A stretch of 40,435 nucleotides of DNA. It comes from an uncultured Candidatus Bathyarchaeia archaeon. GTDB taxonomy: Archaea > Thermoproteota > Bathyarchaeia > 40CM-2-53-6 > CAYOZM01. The position numbers and the translations under genes are program-made. Location of the stretch: contig CAYOZM010000002.1 in assembly GCA_964408475.1 (NCBI GenBank), positions 1-40,435 of the forward strand, in the 5' to 3' direction. Of the stretch, positions 1-7,887 are shown piece after piece (the first letter of the stretch is position 1; each line of letters starts with the position of its first letter). The notes beneath the pieces are model-generated. The model made no database searches. It had not been told where the DNA came from and was given only the letters and a program-made list of their open reading frames with translations.

Positions 1-399
1 AGGTGGGCTGTCTACGCCGAGGTCGTATACCTCGAATCCAGATCCTTCCAGCAATATGGCAACAATATTCTTTCCAATATCGTGGAGGTCGCCTCTAACT
101 GTGCCGATAACAACTCTTCCTAGAGGTTCTCTCTTAGCGTCCTTAAGGTATGGTTCTAGAACCTTCATCCCTTCTTTCATAGTCTCGCCGGCCATTAGAA
201 GCTCAGCTAGAAAGTACTCGCCAGCTTCATACTTCTGGCCGACTATGTCCATCCCCTTCGCTAGGCCTTCCATGACGACCGTATAGGCCGGGATTCCAGT
301 TTGAACAGCCTTCTCTGCCAGCAGTTTGATCTTATCTATATCGAGCGAGACTACGCTCTCCATGATCTCTTTCAGAATCTGTTCCTTGCTCAATGACAT
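1..399 (-). CDS. Corrinoid (cobalamin-binding) protein of the methyltransferase-cognate MtxC type, N-terminal part only (C-terminus lies beyond the window edge)
   Basis: My own reverse-strand translation starts at ATG 399-397: MSLSKEQILKEIMESVVSLDIDKIKLLAEKAVQTGIPAYTVVMEGLAKGMDIVGQKYEAGEYFLAELLMAGETMKEGMKVLEPYLKDAKREPLGRVVIGTVRGDLHDIGKNIVAILLEGSGFEVYDLGVDSPP. It has a B12-binding cap helix bundle followed by the canonical DxHxxG motif (GDLHDIGKN) and the start of the Rossmann-like B12-binding domain. It is not in the ORF track because it runs off the window. Confidence 0.85.
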   Translation of the reverse strand, partial: MSLSKEQILKEIMESVVSLDIDKIKLLAEKAVQTGIPAYTVVMEGLAKGMDIVGQKYEAGEYFLAELLMAGETMKEGMKVLEPYLKDAKREPLGRVVIGTVRGDLHDIGKNIVAILLEGSGFEVYDLGVDSPP

Positions 400-467
400 T
401 CCCCTCTTCTCAAGTTGAATGATGCTCGGATAATACGTTTGCTCAACGTAAAAGCCATTTCCTCCTC

Positions 468-1796
468 CTAGACCAAGATGGCTTCTATGCCTAGCAGATC
501 GCAAATTTCCAGAAGTTCTTCCTTAACCTCTCCATAAGCCATATGCATATGGTTTGAACGGACATTCTGAACGAGCATCCTTGGGTCGCCGTCAAGTCTG
601 ACGAATGCATGAGGCCAGACATAGCGAACTTCTTTGAATCTTTCCTTAGGCTGCTGGAACGCTTCACCCGTGGCTATCAGCATAACGTATTTGCCTTTGA
701 CTCTGCTGAGCCTAGCCAAGGTGACTCTGCCGGGTTTACAGCAGAATATCGTGGTGCATCCCTGCTGCCTTCCTAGGTACTCGTACTGGAGTCCCAAGTC
801 CACGTCTTTTCTTGAGGTCGCTAGACTGCTGGCTATCGATCCGCAATTGACCAACCTCAATATTTTCTCTTCGAAGTCTACATCATTCACATCAGCGAAC
901 ATTACAGCTTGATCCGTCAAAAGGTGAAGCATCTGCATCGTCAATGCAGCGTTGAGATCGGATTCACATGCAGTGACTATCCCATCATCGTTGAGCATGC
1001 ATACGGGAAGACAGTATGACACGTAGTTGCCGATCACCTCGTCTTGGCATTTTATAGCGATAAAGTCGTATCCGTCTTCATCCACTATCTTTTTTACAGC
1101 ATGATATAGTCGCGATGAGCGGAGTAGCTTCTCCTCAGGTGGGTAGATCTTGCCGAATTCCTTACGAATCTTCTCCATCGTTTCCTCAACAGTTTCGCGC
1201 GGAACTCTCTCAGCTTCAAGTATCACTCGATACTGGTCCACATGCTCTATCTCAACCTGAAAGGTGGACTTCACTTGAGCCATGTCCACCATGGTAGTAT
1301 ACATCCCTGCGACACGCCCTCCTATCAACCCTAGCTTTCGTCTCTTCATTCTGTTCACTACCATGGCGGCCTTGGCGAACGAGGTAATGTCCCTGATTAC
1401 TTCAACGTCTTTCGGCGAGCCGTACACGAACTTGTGCTTTATCCCAACTTCGTCCATTGAACCGTGAGTCACACCTGCTCCAGTAAGTGAGAAGGCGGCT
1501 GCGTCGCGTGGACTCCATAAGATCGTCGGTAGTGTAACCTCTTGAGCAGCAGTGACGACCTGAGGCGCATATATCCACGTTCCTAACAGATAGACTATAC
1601 TATCGGCTCCGTTTCTCTCCACGGATTTTGCTGCATTCACAGTTTCATCAACTGTAAATGCAAGTTCTTCCCGATATAGAACCTCCAGCCCAGCTTTCTC
1701 CAACTCTTCTTTGGCGAGCGTATTCCAATGTTTAGCCAAATCAACTCTTTCTCTCGGAAGCGAAACGGTTATCAAACCGGTTTTGGCTTTCGGCAA
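468..1796 (-). CDS. L-fucose/L-arabinose isomerase-family protein (sugar isomerase-like, about 440-aa short form)
   Basis: 442-aa ORF. Family-like motifs are GLIGGR, IKCQDE, TACESDLNAALTMQMLHLL, and a C-terminal NHMHMAYGEVKEELLEICDLLGIE. It lies 68 nt upstream of the corrinoid protein on the same strand. The family assignment is from recalled motif patterns only. Confidence 0.6.
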   Translation of the reverse strand: MPKAKTGLITVSLPRERVDLAKHWNTLAKEELEKAGLEVLYREELAFTVDETVNAAKSVERNGADSIVYLLGTWIYAPQVVTAAQEVTLPTILWSPRDAAAFSLTGAGVTHGSMDEVGIKHKFVYGSPKDVEVIRDITSFAKAAMVVNRMKRRKLGLIGGRVAGMYTTMVDMAQVKSTFQVEIEHVDQYRVILEAERVPRETVEETMEKIRKEFGKIYPPEEKLLRSSRLYHAVKKIVDEDGYDFIAIKCQDEVIGNYVSYCLPVCMLNDDGIVTACESDLNAALTMQMLHLLTDQAVMFADVNDVDFEEKILRLVNCGSIASSLATSRKDVDLGLQYEYLGRQQGCTTIFCCKPGRVTLARLSRVKGKYVMLIATGEAFQQPKERFKEVRYVWPHAFVRLDGDPRMLVQNVRSNHMHMAYGEVKEELLEICDLLGIEAILV

Positions 1797-1852
1797 GAGA
1801 ACTCATCTCGAAATAGATTGCTAACCAATCCGCCGTCTATTTGCTCGATTAC

Positions 1853-1869
1853 GATTAAAAGCTTTAATC
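1853..1869. promoter_or_regulatory. Perfect 17-bp AT-rich palindrome GATTAAA-AGC-TTTAATC in the divergent promoter region between the isomerase-like gene and the MttB-like gene
   Basis: Read directly: GATTAAA (1853-1859) is the reverse complement of TTTAATC (1863-1869). It lies about 57 nt from the minus-strand start at 1796 and about 85-100 nt from the plus-strand start at 1948/1954. It could be paired TATA-like elements or an operator. Confidence 0.3.
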
Positions 1870-1947
1870 CGTGGCGCCAGTTTGACCATTAGACTGTTGA
1901 GTAGCAGCTTGCCCAAGCGTCCCGTTGTCATATCTTAGAAGAAGGAG

Positions 1948-3399
1948 TTGAAGATGGTCAAGGTTAAAGAGATGCTAAAGATTCTCAGTAAAGATCAGGT
2001 ATACCAGATTCATATGGCTTCTATGCAGATACTTGAGAAGATAGGTGTAAAACTTCCGGATTCAGATCTGCTGAAGACTTTAGAAGAGACCGGGGCGATC
2101 GTCAACTACAAGTCTTGCATAGCAAAGTTCCCTCAAGAGCTCGTCATGGAGTTCGTAGGGAGAATCCCTAATCAATGGACTATCTATGCTCGAAATCCTG
2201 AGAGTAATATGAAAGTCGGCTACGGCGAGATGAGAACTCTGTCGAGTGGCGGCCATATCAACCTAATAGATCCGATGACCAAGACCAGACGAATAGGAAC
2301 TACTGAAGACCTTGAAAAGGGAATCAAAATCGGAGACGCTTTAGAGAATATCACTATTGTTGGCCCATTGATTCTTCCAGCTCATGATATTCCAATAGAA
2401 GCCCTTGACGTATACGCATACGCTCAGTTGATCAGAGGTTCCTCTAAGATAGTCTTCACTTGGATCTACAATGAGAAGACAGCTAGGTATGTACTGAAGA
2501 TCTTCGAGATACTGGCTGGCGGCGAAGAAGTTCTTAGAAAGAAGCCTATGCTCTGGTACTTCTGTGAACCAACTAGCCCCCTTACCTTCGCAACGAATGC
2601 TTTAGGTGTTTTGAAGCTCTTCGCTCGATACGGCTTACCTGTGACATTCGGCCCTATGGTTATGGCTTCCGCCACCGGTCCAGCTACTCTTGCGGGAACT
2701 CTAGCTGTTGAGAATGCTGAGATCATTGCCGGTGCTGTTATAACCCAGATCTTGAATCCGGGGGTCCCAGTCGAGTACGGGGGCATCCCTCACATATTCG
2801 ATCAAAGATCAGGTATGATCGCTTTTGGCTCTCCTGAGCAGGGCGTTATGGCGGCTGCAATAACCCAAGTTGGACGCTTCTACGGTTTCCCAGTGCATGT
2901 GAACACCGGCCTGACCGACTCTAAGGTTCCTGATGCGCAATCGGCCTTTGAGAAGGGTATGACTCTCCTCATGGGCGGTTTGGCTGGAGCTGAACTCTAC
3001 GGTCATCTTGGGATTCTAGGCGCTGATCAAGGCGTTTCTTTTGAACAGTTAGTAATAGATGACGAGATTGTTTCTTACTTGAAGCGAATGCTAAGTGACT
3101 TTCGAACTGAGCAGGAAGACTTGGCTGTCGATGTTGCCGAAAATGTTGGGCCAGGGGGGTCATTCTTGACGCAGAGGCATACTTTACAGCATCTGCGAAG
3201 CGAGTTCTGGTACCCTACACTATGCGATCGAAGTAGTTGGGACAAGTGGTGTGAGAAAGGCGCTAAAGATATGTTGGCTAGAGCTCATCAAAGGGTTGAA
3301 GAGATCCTGAAATCTCACCAGCCTGAAGCTCTCGACAAGGATATAGAGAAGGCAATAGACCAGCAGGTTCGATCTGCCTTGAAGGAGCTCATGAAGTAG
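1948..3399 (+). CDS. MttB-superfamily (trimethylamine methyltransferase family) methyltransferase, non-pyrrolysine type. It is likely a quaternary-amine or other methylamine:corrinoid methyltransferase.
   Basis: 483-aa uninterrupted ORF with no in-frame TAG. It has the typical MttB-family N-terminus (LSKDQVYQIHMASMQILEKIGV) and length. The track start at 1948 is TTG. ATG at 1954 follows GGAG (aaGGAGttgaagATG) and is an equally good start. Confidence 0.85.
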   Translation: MKMVKVKEMLKILSKDQVYQIHMASMQILEKIGVKLPDSDLLKTLEETGAIVNYKSCIAKFPQELVMEFVGRIPNQWTIYARNPESNMKVGYGEMRTLSSGGHINLIDPMTKTRRIGTTEDLEKGIKIGDALENITIVGPLILPAHDIPIEALDVYAYAQLIRGSSKIVFTWIYNEKTARYVLKIFEILAGGEEVLRKKPMLWYFCEPTSPLTFATNALGVLKLFARYGLPVTFGPMVMASATGPATLAGTLAVENAEIIAGAVITQILNPGVPVEYGGIPHIFDQRSGMIAFGSPEQGVMAAAITQVGRFYGFPVHVNTGLTDSKVPDAQSAFEKGMTLLMGGLAGAELYGHLGILGADQGVSFEQLVIDDEIVSYLKRMLSDFRTEQEDLAVDVAENVGPGGSFLTQRHTLQHLRSEFWYPTLCDRSSWDKWCEKGAKDMLARAHQRVEEILKSHQPEALDKDIEKAIDQQVRSALKELMK

Positions 3400-3464
3400 A
3401 GGCGTCAAGCTTCTGGATCATAGATGAGCGGAAAGCTTCATCGTGTTGGAGAATTGGGTGAAAC

Positions 3465-4184
3465 TTGCCCCTCGAGTGCGTCCTCTTCGATTTGGGTGAG
3501 ACTCTTGTCACTCGTGAGGTAGAAGACAGAGCTGTAGACATAGTCGCTTTGTATAGGCTTGTCACGTTCGCAAATAGGAGCGGCTACGGAATAGGCAGAG
3601 AGCCTTTGACCTCTCTCTTCCTCGAGAATTATAGGAGATTCGACGAGCTTAGAGAGAGATTCCTAGTCGAGGTTCCGATGAGATGGTGGCTGGGCAATCT
3701 TCTATCTCATGTTTCTTCCCGCAGGATCGATGAGCGACTGCTCAGGCGGGCTGTGGATATATTCGTCGAAGCGAGATCCTCTGGCGTAGTGTCTTTTCCA
3801 GAGGTGCCGAAGATTCTAAGTCTCTTGGCAAGGAAATATCGACTCGGCATCGTGACAAATACTTCATCCAGCGAAGTGCCAGACCGAGTCTTATCTCAAC
3901 TGAAACTGCGAGACTACTTCAGTGTCGTCGCTAGATCAGCTGAATTGGGGATTAGGAAGCCATATCAAGGAATCTTCTGTTATGCATTGAGAGAATTAGG
4001 TGCAGAAGCGGAAGATACTGCCTTTGTTGGAGACTCTATTAAACATGATATAATCGGCGCGAAATCCATAGGAATGAAGACCATCCTTATCGATAGGAGG
4101 CGACGATACAAAAGGAAGATATTGCAGGCTGATGTAACGCTAAGGAGTTTAAGGAGACTCCCGAAGATCCTAACCAGCCTTTGA
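3465..4184 (+). CDS. HAD-superfamily hydrolase
   Basis: HAD motifs are present in order: I VLFDLGETL, II IVTNTSS, III K in RKPYQGIF, IV FVGDSIKHDIIGA. The start codon is TTG. Confidence 0.7.
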   Translation: MPLECVLFDLGETLVTREVEDRAVDIVALYRLVTFANRSGYGIGREPLTSLFLENYRRFDELRERFLVEVPMRWWLGNLLSHVSSRRIDERLLRRAVDIFVEARSSGVVSFPEVPKILSLLARKYRLGIVTNTSSSEVPDRVLSQLKLRDYFSVVARSAELGIRKPYQGIFCYALRELGAEAEDTAFVGDSIKHDIIGAKSIGMKTILIDRRRRYKRKILQADVTLRSLRRLPKILTSL

Positions 4185-4254
4185 GAGTCTTAGCTGACTC
4201 AACAAGCGTTTTTAGCAAGATCCGTAAGAGACTAGCTAACGCCCTGATAGGAGA

Positions 4255-5247
4255 TTGGAATTGCGCCCGGTGATAGCTGTTCATGGCGGGGCTGGTTTCT
4301 GGCCGCTGAGAAAGCATAGGCTAGCGTTGAAAGGGGTTGAAGATGCCGCGATGAGAGGTTACTCTGTCTTGGCGAAGGGCGGAACTGCGTTGAAAGCTGT
4401 TGAGGAAGCAACGATTTCGATGGAGGACAGTTCAGTATTCAATGCTGGAGTAGGATCAAACTTGAACTTGAAGGGCGAGGAGGAGATGGATGCATCTATC
4501 ATGGATGGAAGAACATTACGCGCGGGCGCAGTGGCTCTCGTCAAATCCTTCAAGAACCCAGTGAGTCTAGCTAGACTGGTAATGGAGAAGACCGACCACG
4601 TCCTCTTGGCGGGTATAGGGGCTCAGAGGCTGGGCGAGCTCTACGCCTTGCAAAGAGCAGCACCGGTGAACGGAGCCAGACTTGAAGAATGGAAGAAGCT
4701 TAAGCTTCGGCTACTTTCCGGAAAGATTGGAGATATGCCGAAGACACTGCAACTTCTTCGAAAACATCCCGAGATAGAGGTTGGAACAGTGGGGGCGATA
4801 GCGATAGACATGAATGAAGATGTTGCTGCAGCCACTTCGACCGGGGGAATCGCCTTGAAGTTTCCAGGGAGAATAGGTGACACACCCTTAATCGGATGCG
4901 GGACATACGCTGACGATGAATCTGGCGCTGCTTCAGCGACAGGAGTTGGTGAAGGAGCGATAAGATCGGTCCTCGCAAAGACCGCTTGTGACCTCATGTC
5001 AGAGGGAGCTGCTGCTCAGAAAGCTGCGGAACGAGCTGTTGAACTCGAGAATAGGAGAATCGGCTTACCGATTGGAATAATAACCTTAGACAGGAAGGGA
5101 AACGTTGGAGCAGCTCATAGCACACCGAATATTTGTTGGGCCTTCATGAGAAAGGGCCTGAGGAAGCCGGATGCTAAGATGAAGGCCGAGTACTTTCAGA
5201 TCCGAAAAAGTTTTCGTCTAAATGAGAATTTTAACCAAAAACTTTAA
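4255..5247 (+). CDS. Isoaspartyl peptidase / plant-type L-asparaginase (Ntn hydrolase, Asparaginase_2 family)
   Basis: N-terminal VIAVHGGAG, autoprocessing-site motif EVGTVGAIAID with the Thr nucleophile, and STGG and GxGE motifs. The exact start is uncertain (TTG 4255, TTG 4261 or GTG 4270, all just after a GGAG). Confidence 0.85.
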   Translation: MELRPVIAVHGGAGFWPLRKHRLALKGVEDAAMRGYSVLAKGGTALKAVEEATISMEDSSVFNAGVGSNLNLKGEEEMDASIMDGRTLRAGAVALVKSFKNPVSLARLVMEKTDHVLLAGIGAQRLGELYALQRAAPVNGARLEEWKKLKLRLLSGKIGDMPKTLQLLRKHPEIEVGTVGAIAIDMNEDVAAATSTGGIALKFPGRIGDTPLIGCGTYADDESGAASATGVGEGAIRSVLAKTACDLMSEGAAAQKAAERAVELENRRIGLPIGIITLDRKGNVGAAHSTPNICWAFMRKGLRKPDAKMKAEYFQIRKSFRLNENFNQKL

Positions 5248-5300
5248 AAACGAGGCACGAGAGGCAACAATTAGCTCCGTAGCGTACGGAGGCAAAAGTA

Positions 5301-5405
5301 ATGAAAATCACGAAGGGAGAAGAAGAGGAGTGGGGCGAGGAAGAGGAGTGGGGCGAAGAGGAAGAATGGAGCGAGGAAGAGGGCTGGGAAGAAGAAGAAT
5401 GGTAG
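5301..5405 (+). CDS. Unannotated 34-codon ORF encoding an acidic Trp-repeat peptide MKITKGEEEEWGEEEEWGEEEEWSEEEGWEEEEW
   Basis: ATG at 5301 is preceded by GGAGG (5288-5292) with 8-nt spacing. A TATA-like TTTAAAAA lies at about 5243-5250. The stop is TAG 5403-5405, followed by a T-rich run (5421-5430). Repeat units differ mostly by synonymous GAA/GAG changes while the E4W pattern is kept, which argues for translation. It is too short for the ORF track, whose 5222..5416 entry is a different frame. Confidence 0.5.
   Translation: MKITKGEEEEWGEEEEWGEEEEWSEEEGWEEEEW
5319..5402 (+). repeat. Imperfect tandem repeat, 18/15-nt period, 5 units (GAR GAR GAR GAR TGG GGC/AGC)
   Basis: Read directly: gaagaagaggagtggggc / gaggaagaggagtggggc / gaagaggaagaatggagc / gaggaagagggctgg / gaagaagaagaatgg. 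Confidence 0.85.
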
Positions 5406-5494
5406 CCCCTGCGTGAACTTCTCTCTTTTTACAATCGATCTATGTTTTGTCTTCTATAAAGCGGCGCATTACCTGCTGATCTGGTTGAAACAAT

Positions 5495-7306
5495 ATGGTT
5501 AGGGTCGCGGTTCTCGACAGAGAAAGATGTAAACCGAAGGACTGTCAGCATGAGTGCAGAAACTTCTGCCCAGAAGTTCGGAACAGAATCGATGCAGTGG
5601 TCTTCTCTGATGGCGAGGATAAACCGCCTACAATAGTCGAATCTCTCTGCACCGGCTGCGGGATATGTGTCAAGAAATGCCCTTACAAAGTCATAACGAT
5701 AATAAACTTGCCTGAAGAGCTGAAAGAAGAGTGTAGCCATAGATACGGCCCAAACATGTTCAAGCTCTTCCGATTGCCGATCCCCAAGGAAGGCGTCATC
5801 ACAGGGCTTATTGGCAGAAACGGAACTGGAAAGACGACCGCTCTAAGAATACTCTCTGGAGAGATAAGACCCAACCTTGGGGAATACGATTCCCCCCCTG
5901 ACTGGGAGACAGTGATAAGACATTATAGAGGTTCAATCCTTCAAGACTATTTTGAGAAGCTGTCGAAAAGTAAGCTTAAGGTCGTTCATAAACCGCAGTA
6001 CGTTGATGTTATTCCAAGATACGTTAAAGGCAGAGTCTCAACTCTCTTGCAGAAGACTGACCGAACAGGAAAACTGGCTAAACTCGTCGCAGATCTTCAA
6101 TTGAAGAGCATCTTGAACAGATCTATCGGCGTATTGAGCGGCGGGGAGCTCCAAAGGGTAGCGATCGCCGCAGCGATCTGCCGTGAGGCTGATGTATATA
6201 TTTTCGACGAGCCGTCGAGCCATCTCGATGTCAGTCAGAGGTTGAGAGCTGCGAAAGCTATAAGGAGTCTTGTTGATGAAGGGAAGACAGTCTTGATAGC
6301 TGAACACGACCTAGCGATGCTCGACTACCTATCCGATCAAGTCTGTGTACTCTACGGCGAGCCCGCGGCGTATGGGATTATCTCTAATGTGCATGGGGTT
6401 AGAGTTGGAATAAACATCTACTTGGAGGGCTTCATTCCGGACGAAAATATGAGGTTCAGATCACAGCCGATAAAGTTCCATGTGAAACCTCCGAGAGAAC
6501 TGAAGCAGATGGAAGCTTGGAAACTAAACTGGTCTTCTATGGAGAAATCTTTCGGAAGCTTCAGATTGAGAGTTGATGCAGGCGAGGTAAGGCAAGGTGA
6601 AACCATAGGAATCCTCGGGCCGAACGGCATAGGTAAGACGACTTTCATAAAGCTTCTAGCGAAGCTAGAGAAACCTGACAAGGGAGAGGCACCCCCACTA
6701 GAAGGATTGACGGTCAGCTACAAGCCGCAGTACATCTCCGCTCAATACGAGGGTTCTGTCTATTCACTTTTGAGAGATGTAGGGGGAGAAAGATACGGAA
6801 CTGACTTCTTTGAGGACGAATTGGTAAGACCTTTGGCCTTGAAGAAATTTCTCGATAGAGATGTTGAAGATTTAAGTGGAGGAGAACTCCAACGCGTAGC
6901 GATAGCAGCTTGCCTCGTTAAGGAGGCCCACCTATACTTGATAGATGAACCAAGCGCATACCTAGATGTTGAGGAGAGACTTGCGGCTGCACGAGCTATT
7001 AGGAAAGTGGTGGAAGGACTTGAAGCATTCGGCTTCGTCGTAGAACATGACATTGTAGCTCAAGACTTCATCGCCGATAGACTGATGATCTTCACTGGTA
7101 AACCTGGAGCTGAAGGGCATGCGGAGAGCCCAGTTTCTCTAAGAGACGGGATGAACTCTTTCCTAACCGATATGAAGATCACCTTCAGAAGAGACCCAGT
7201 GACAGGTAGACCTAGAGTTAACAAACCCGAGAGTAAGATAGATCGAATGCAGAAGGAGAAGGGCGAGTACTATTACATTCCTGAAGAAGAATCGACTGAA
7301 ATTTAG
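5495..7306 (+). CDS. abcE1: ABCE1 / RNase L inhibitor homologue (ribosome-recycling ATPase with N-terminal 2x[4Fe-4S] domain)
   Basis: 603 aa. The N-terminal Cys clusters are CKPKDCQHECRNFCP and CTGCGICVKKCP. There are two ABC cassettes (GRNGTGKTT ... LSGGELQR ... IFDEPSS and GPNGIGKTT ... LSGGELQR ... LIDEPSA). A TATAAA at 5455-5460 lies about 35 nt upstream of the ATG. Confidence 0.95.
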   Translation: MVRVAVLDRERCKPKDCQHECRNFCPEVRNRIDAVVFSDGEDKPPTIVESLCTGCGICVKKCPYKVITIINLPEELKEECSHRYGPNMFKLFRLPIPKEGVITGLIGRNGTGKTTALRILSGEIRPNLGEYDSPPDWETVIRHYRGSILQDYFEKLSKSKLKVVHKPQYVDVIPRYVKGRVSTLLQKTDRTGKLAKLVADLQLKSILNRSIGVLSGGELQRVAIAAAICREADVYIFDEPSSHLDVSQRLRAAKAIRSLVDEGKTVLIAEHDLAMLDYLSDQVCVLYGEPAAYGIISNVHGVRVGINIYLEGFIPDENMRFRSQPIKFHVKPPRELKQMEAWKLNWSSMEKSFGSFRLRVDAGEVRQGETIGILGPNGIGKTTFIKLLAKLEKPDKGEAPPLEGLTVSYKPQYISAQYEGSVYSLLRDVGGERYGTDFFEDELVRPLALKKFLDRDVEDLSGGELQRVAIAACLVKEAHLYLIDEPSAYLDVEERLAAARAIRKVVEGLEAFGFVVEHDIVAQDFIADRLMIFTGKPGAEGHAESPVSLRDGMNSFLTDMKITFRRDPVTGRPRVNKPESKIDRMQKEKGEYYYIPEEESTEI

Positions 7307-7454
7307 GCACAAGCACTGCTTATCTTCTAGCATCATTCGAAAGGGACCCTAAGCGACCCCTTTCTAGAACCTGTAGAAATCTATACAGGGCACAAGTTGA
7401 AACCCAGCATACTCGGACCATTCTTTCCAGTTTTGTTTTGCCAATATGCCATCT

Positions 7455-7697
7455 TCAGCGCGCATGGAGCAGTCTGTGTTTCTTCAGATAGTCTAAAACC
7501 AGCTCAAGATCATGCCTCGAGAGTCTTCTCTTGCCGTCGAGAACATCCTCGATAAAAGTTGTATTTGGGCTTTGACCCATATGGAAGAGGCATTCACGCC
7601 AGAAAGCTCTCTTCGACCCGGCGAGCTCAAATGCCTTCCTTATCAGATTCAGTTCCTCCATCTCGGACCATTCCCCTCCTCTATTCAGCTCCATCAT
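7455..7697 (-). CDS. Small hypothetical protein with a possible XRE-like helix-turn-helix (about 80 aa, or 68 aa if it starts at ATG 7661)
   Basis: Translation: MMELNRGGEWSEMEELNLIRKAFELAGSKRAFWRECLFHMGQSPNTTFIEDVLDGKRRLSRHDLELVLDYLKKHRLLHAR. The segment GQSPNTTFIEDVLDGKRRLSRHDLELVLDYL resembles the recognition-helix region of XRE-type HTH proteins. The alternative ATG at 7661 has AGGAGGG 13 nt upstream. The track ORF (7455..7799) is the same frame with a longer N-terminus. Confidence 0.4.
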   Translation of the reverse strand: MMELNRGGEWSEMEELNLIRKAFELAGSKRAFWRECLFHMGQSPNTTFIEDVLDGKRRLSRHDLELVLDYLKKHRLLHAR

Positions 7698-7887
7698 TCT
7701 GACGAACGATTTCTTCCAGCTTCTCAACGATGCACAGTGCAAAGAGAAGAGCTGTTCGATAGTTCCTTTCAACCTGCAGTTGTCGCCGTACCGTCTCAAC
7801 AGTCTCCAGTATGTGATCCTCTACTGCGAGACTCCTTTCACGAGGCGTCTCAACAGAAAATATTTGCTGTTTATGTTTTCTACTCAT
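7681..7887 (-). CDS. Small hypothetical protein (68 aa), upstream partner of the HTH-like ORF
   Basis: ATG at 7887 is preceded on the minus strand by GGAGG (complement of 7896-7900) with 8-nt spacing. Translation: MSRKHKQQIFSVETPRERSLAVEDHILETVETVRRQLQVERNYRTALLFALCIVEKLEEIVRQNDGAE. Its stop overlaps the ATGATG of the next ORF by 17 nt. Confidence 0.4.
   Translation of the reverse strand: MSRKHKQQIFSVETPRERSLAVEDHILETVETVRRQLQVERNYRTALLFALCIVEKLEEIVRQNDGAE

Noticed and set aside
1948-3399. Possible pyrrolysine (in-frame TAG) recoding in the MttB homologue
   Set aside because: The ORF is continuous with no in-frame stop. No pylTSBCD genes are visible, so it is a non-Pyl family member.
5222-5416. 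Track ORF of 64 aa rich in Gly and Arg (GRRRGVGRGRGVGRRGRMERGRGLGRRR)
   Set aside because: It is the purine-rich EEEEW repeat read in another frame. It overlaps the asparaginase 3' end and has no SD. In this frame the repeat's GAA/GAG differences would not be synonymous. The 5301..5405 frame explains the sequence better.
7339-7364. Hairpin GAAAGGG-N12-CCCTTTC downstream of ABCE1
   Set aside because: The 7-bp stem is real but is not followed by a T-tract. Archaeal termination relies mainly on oligo-T signals, so I cannot support a terminator call.
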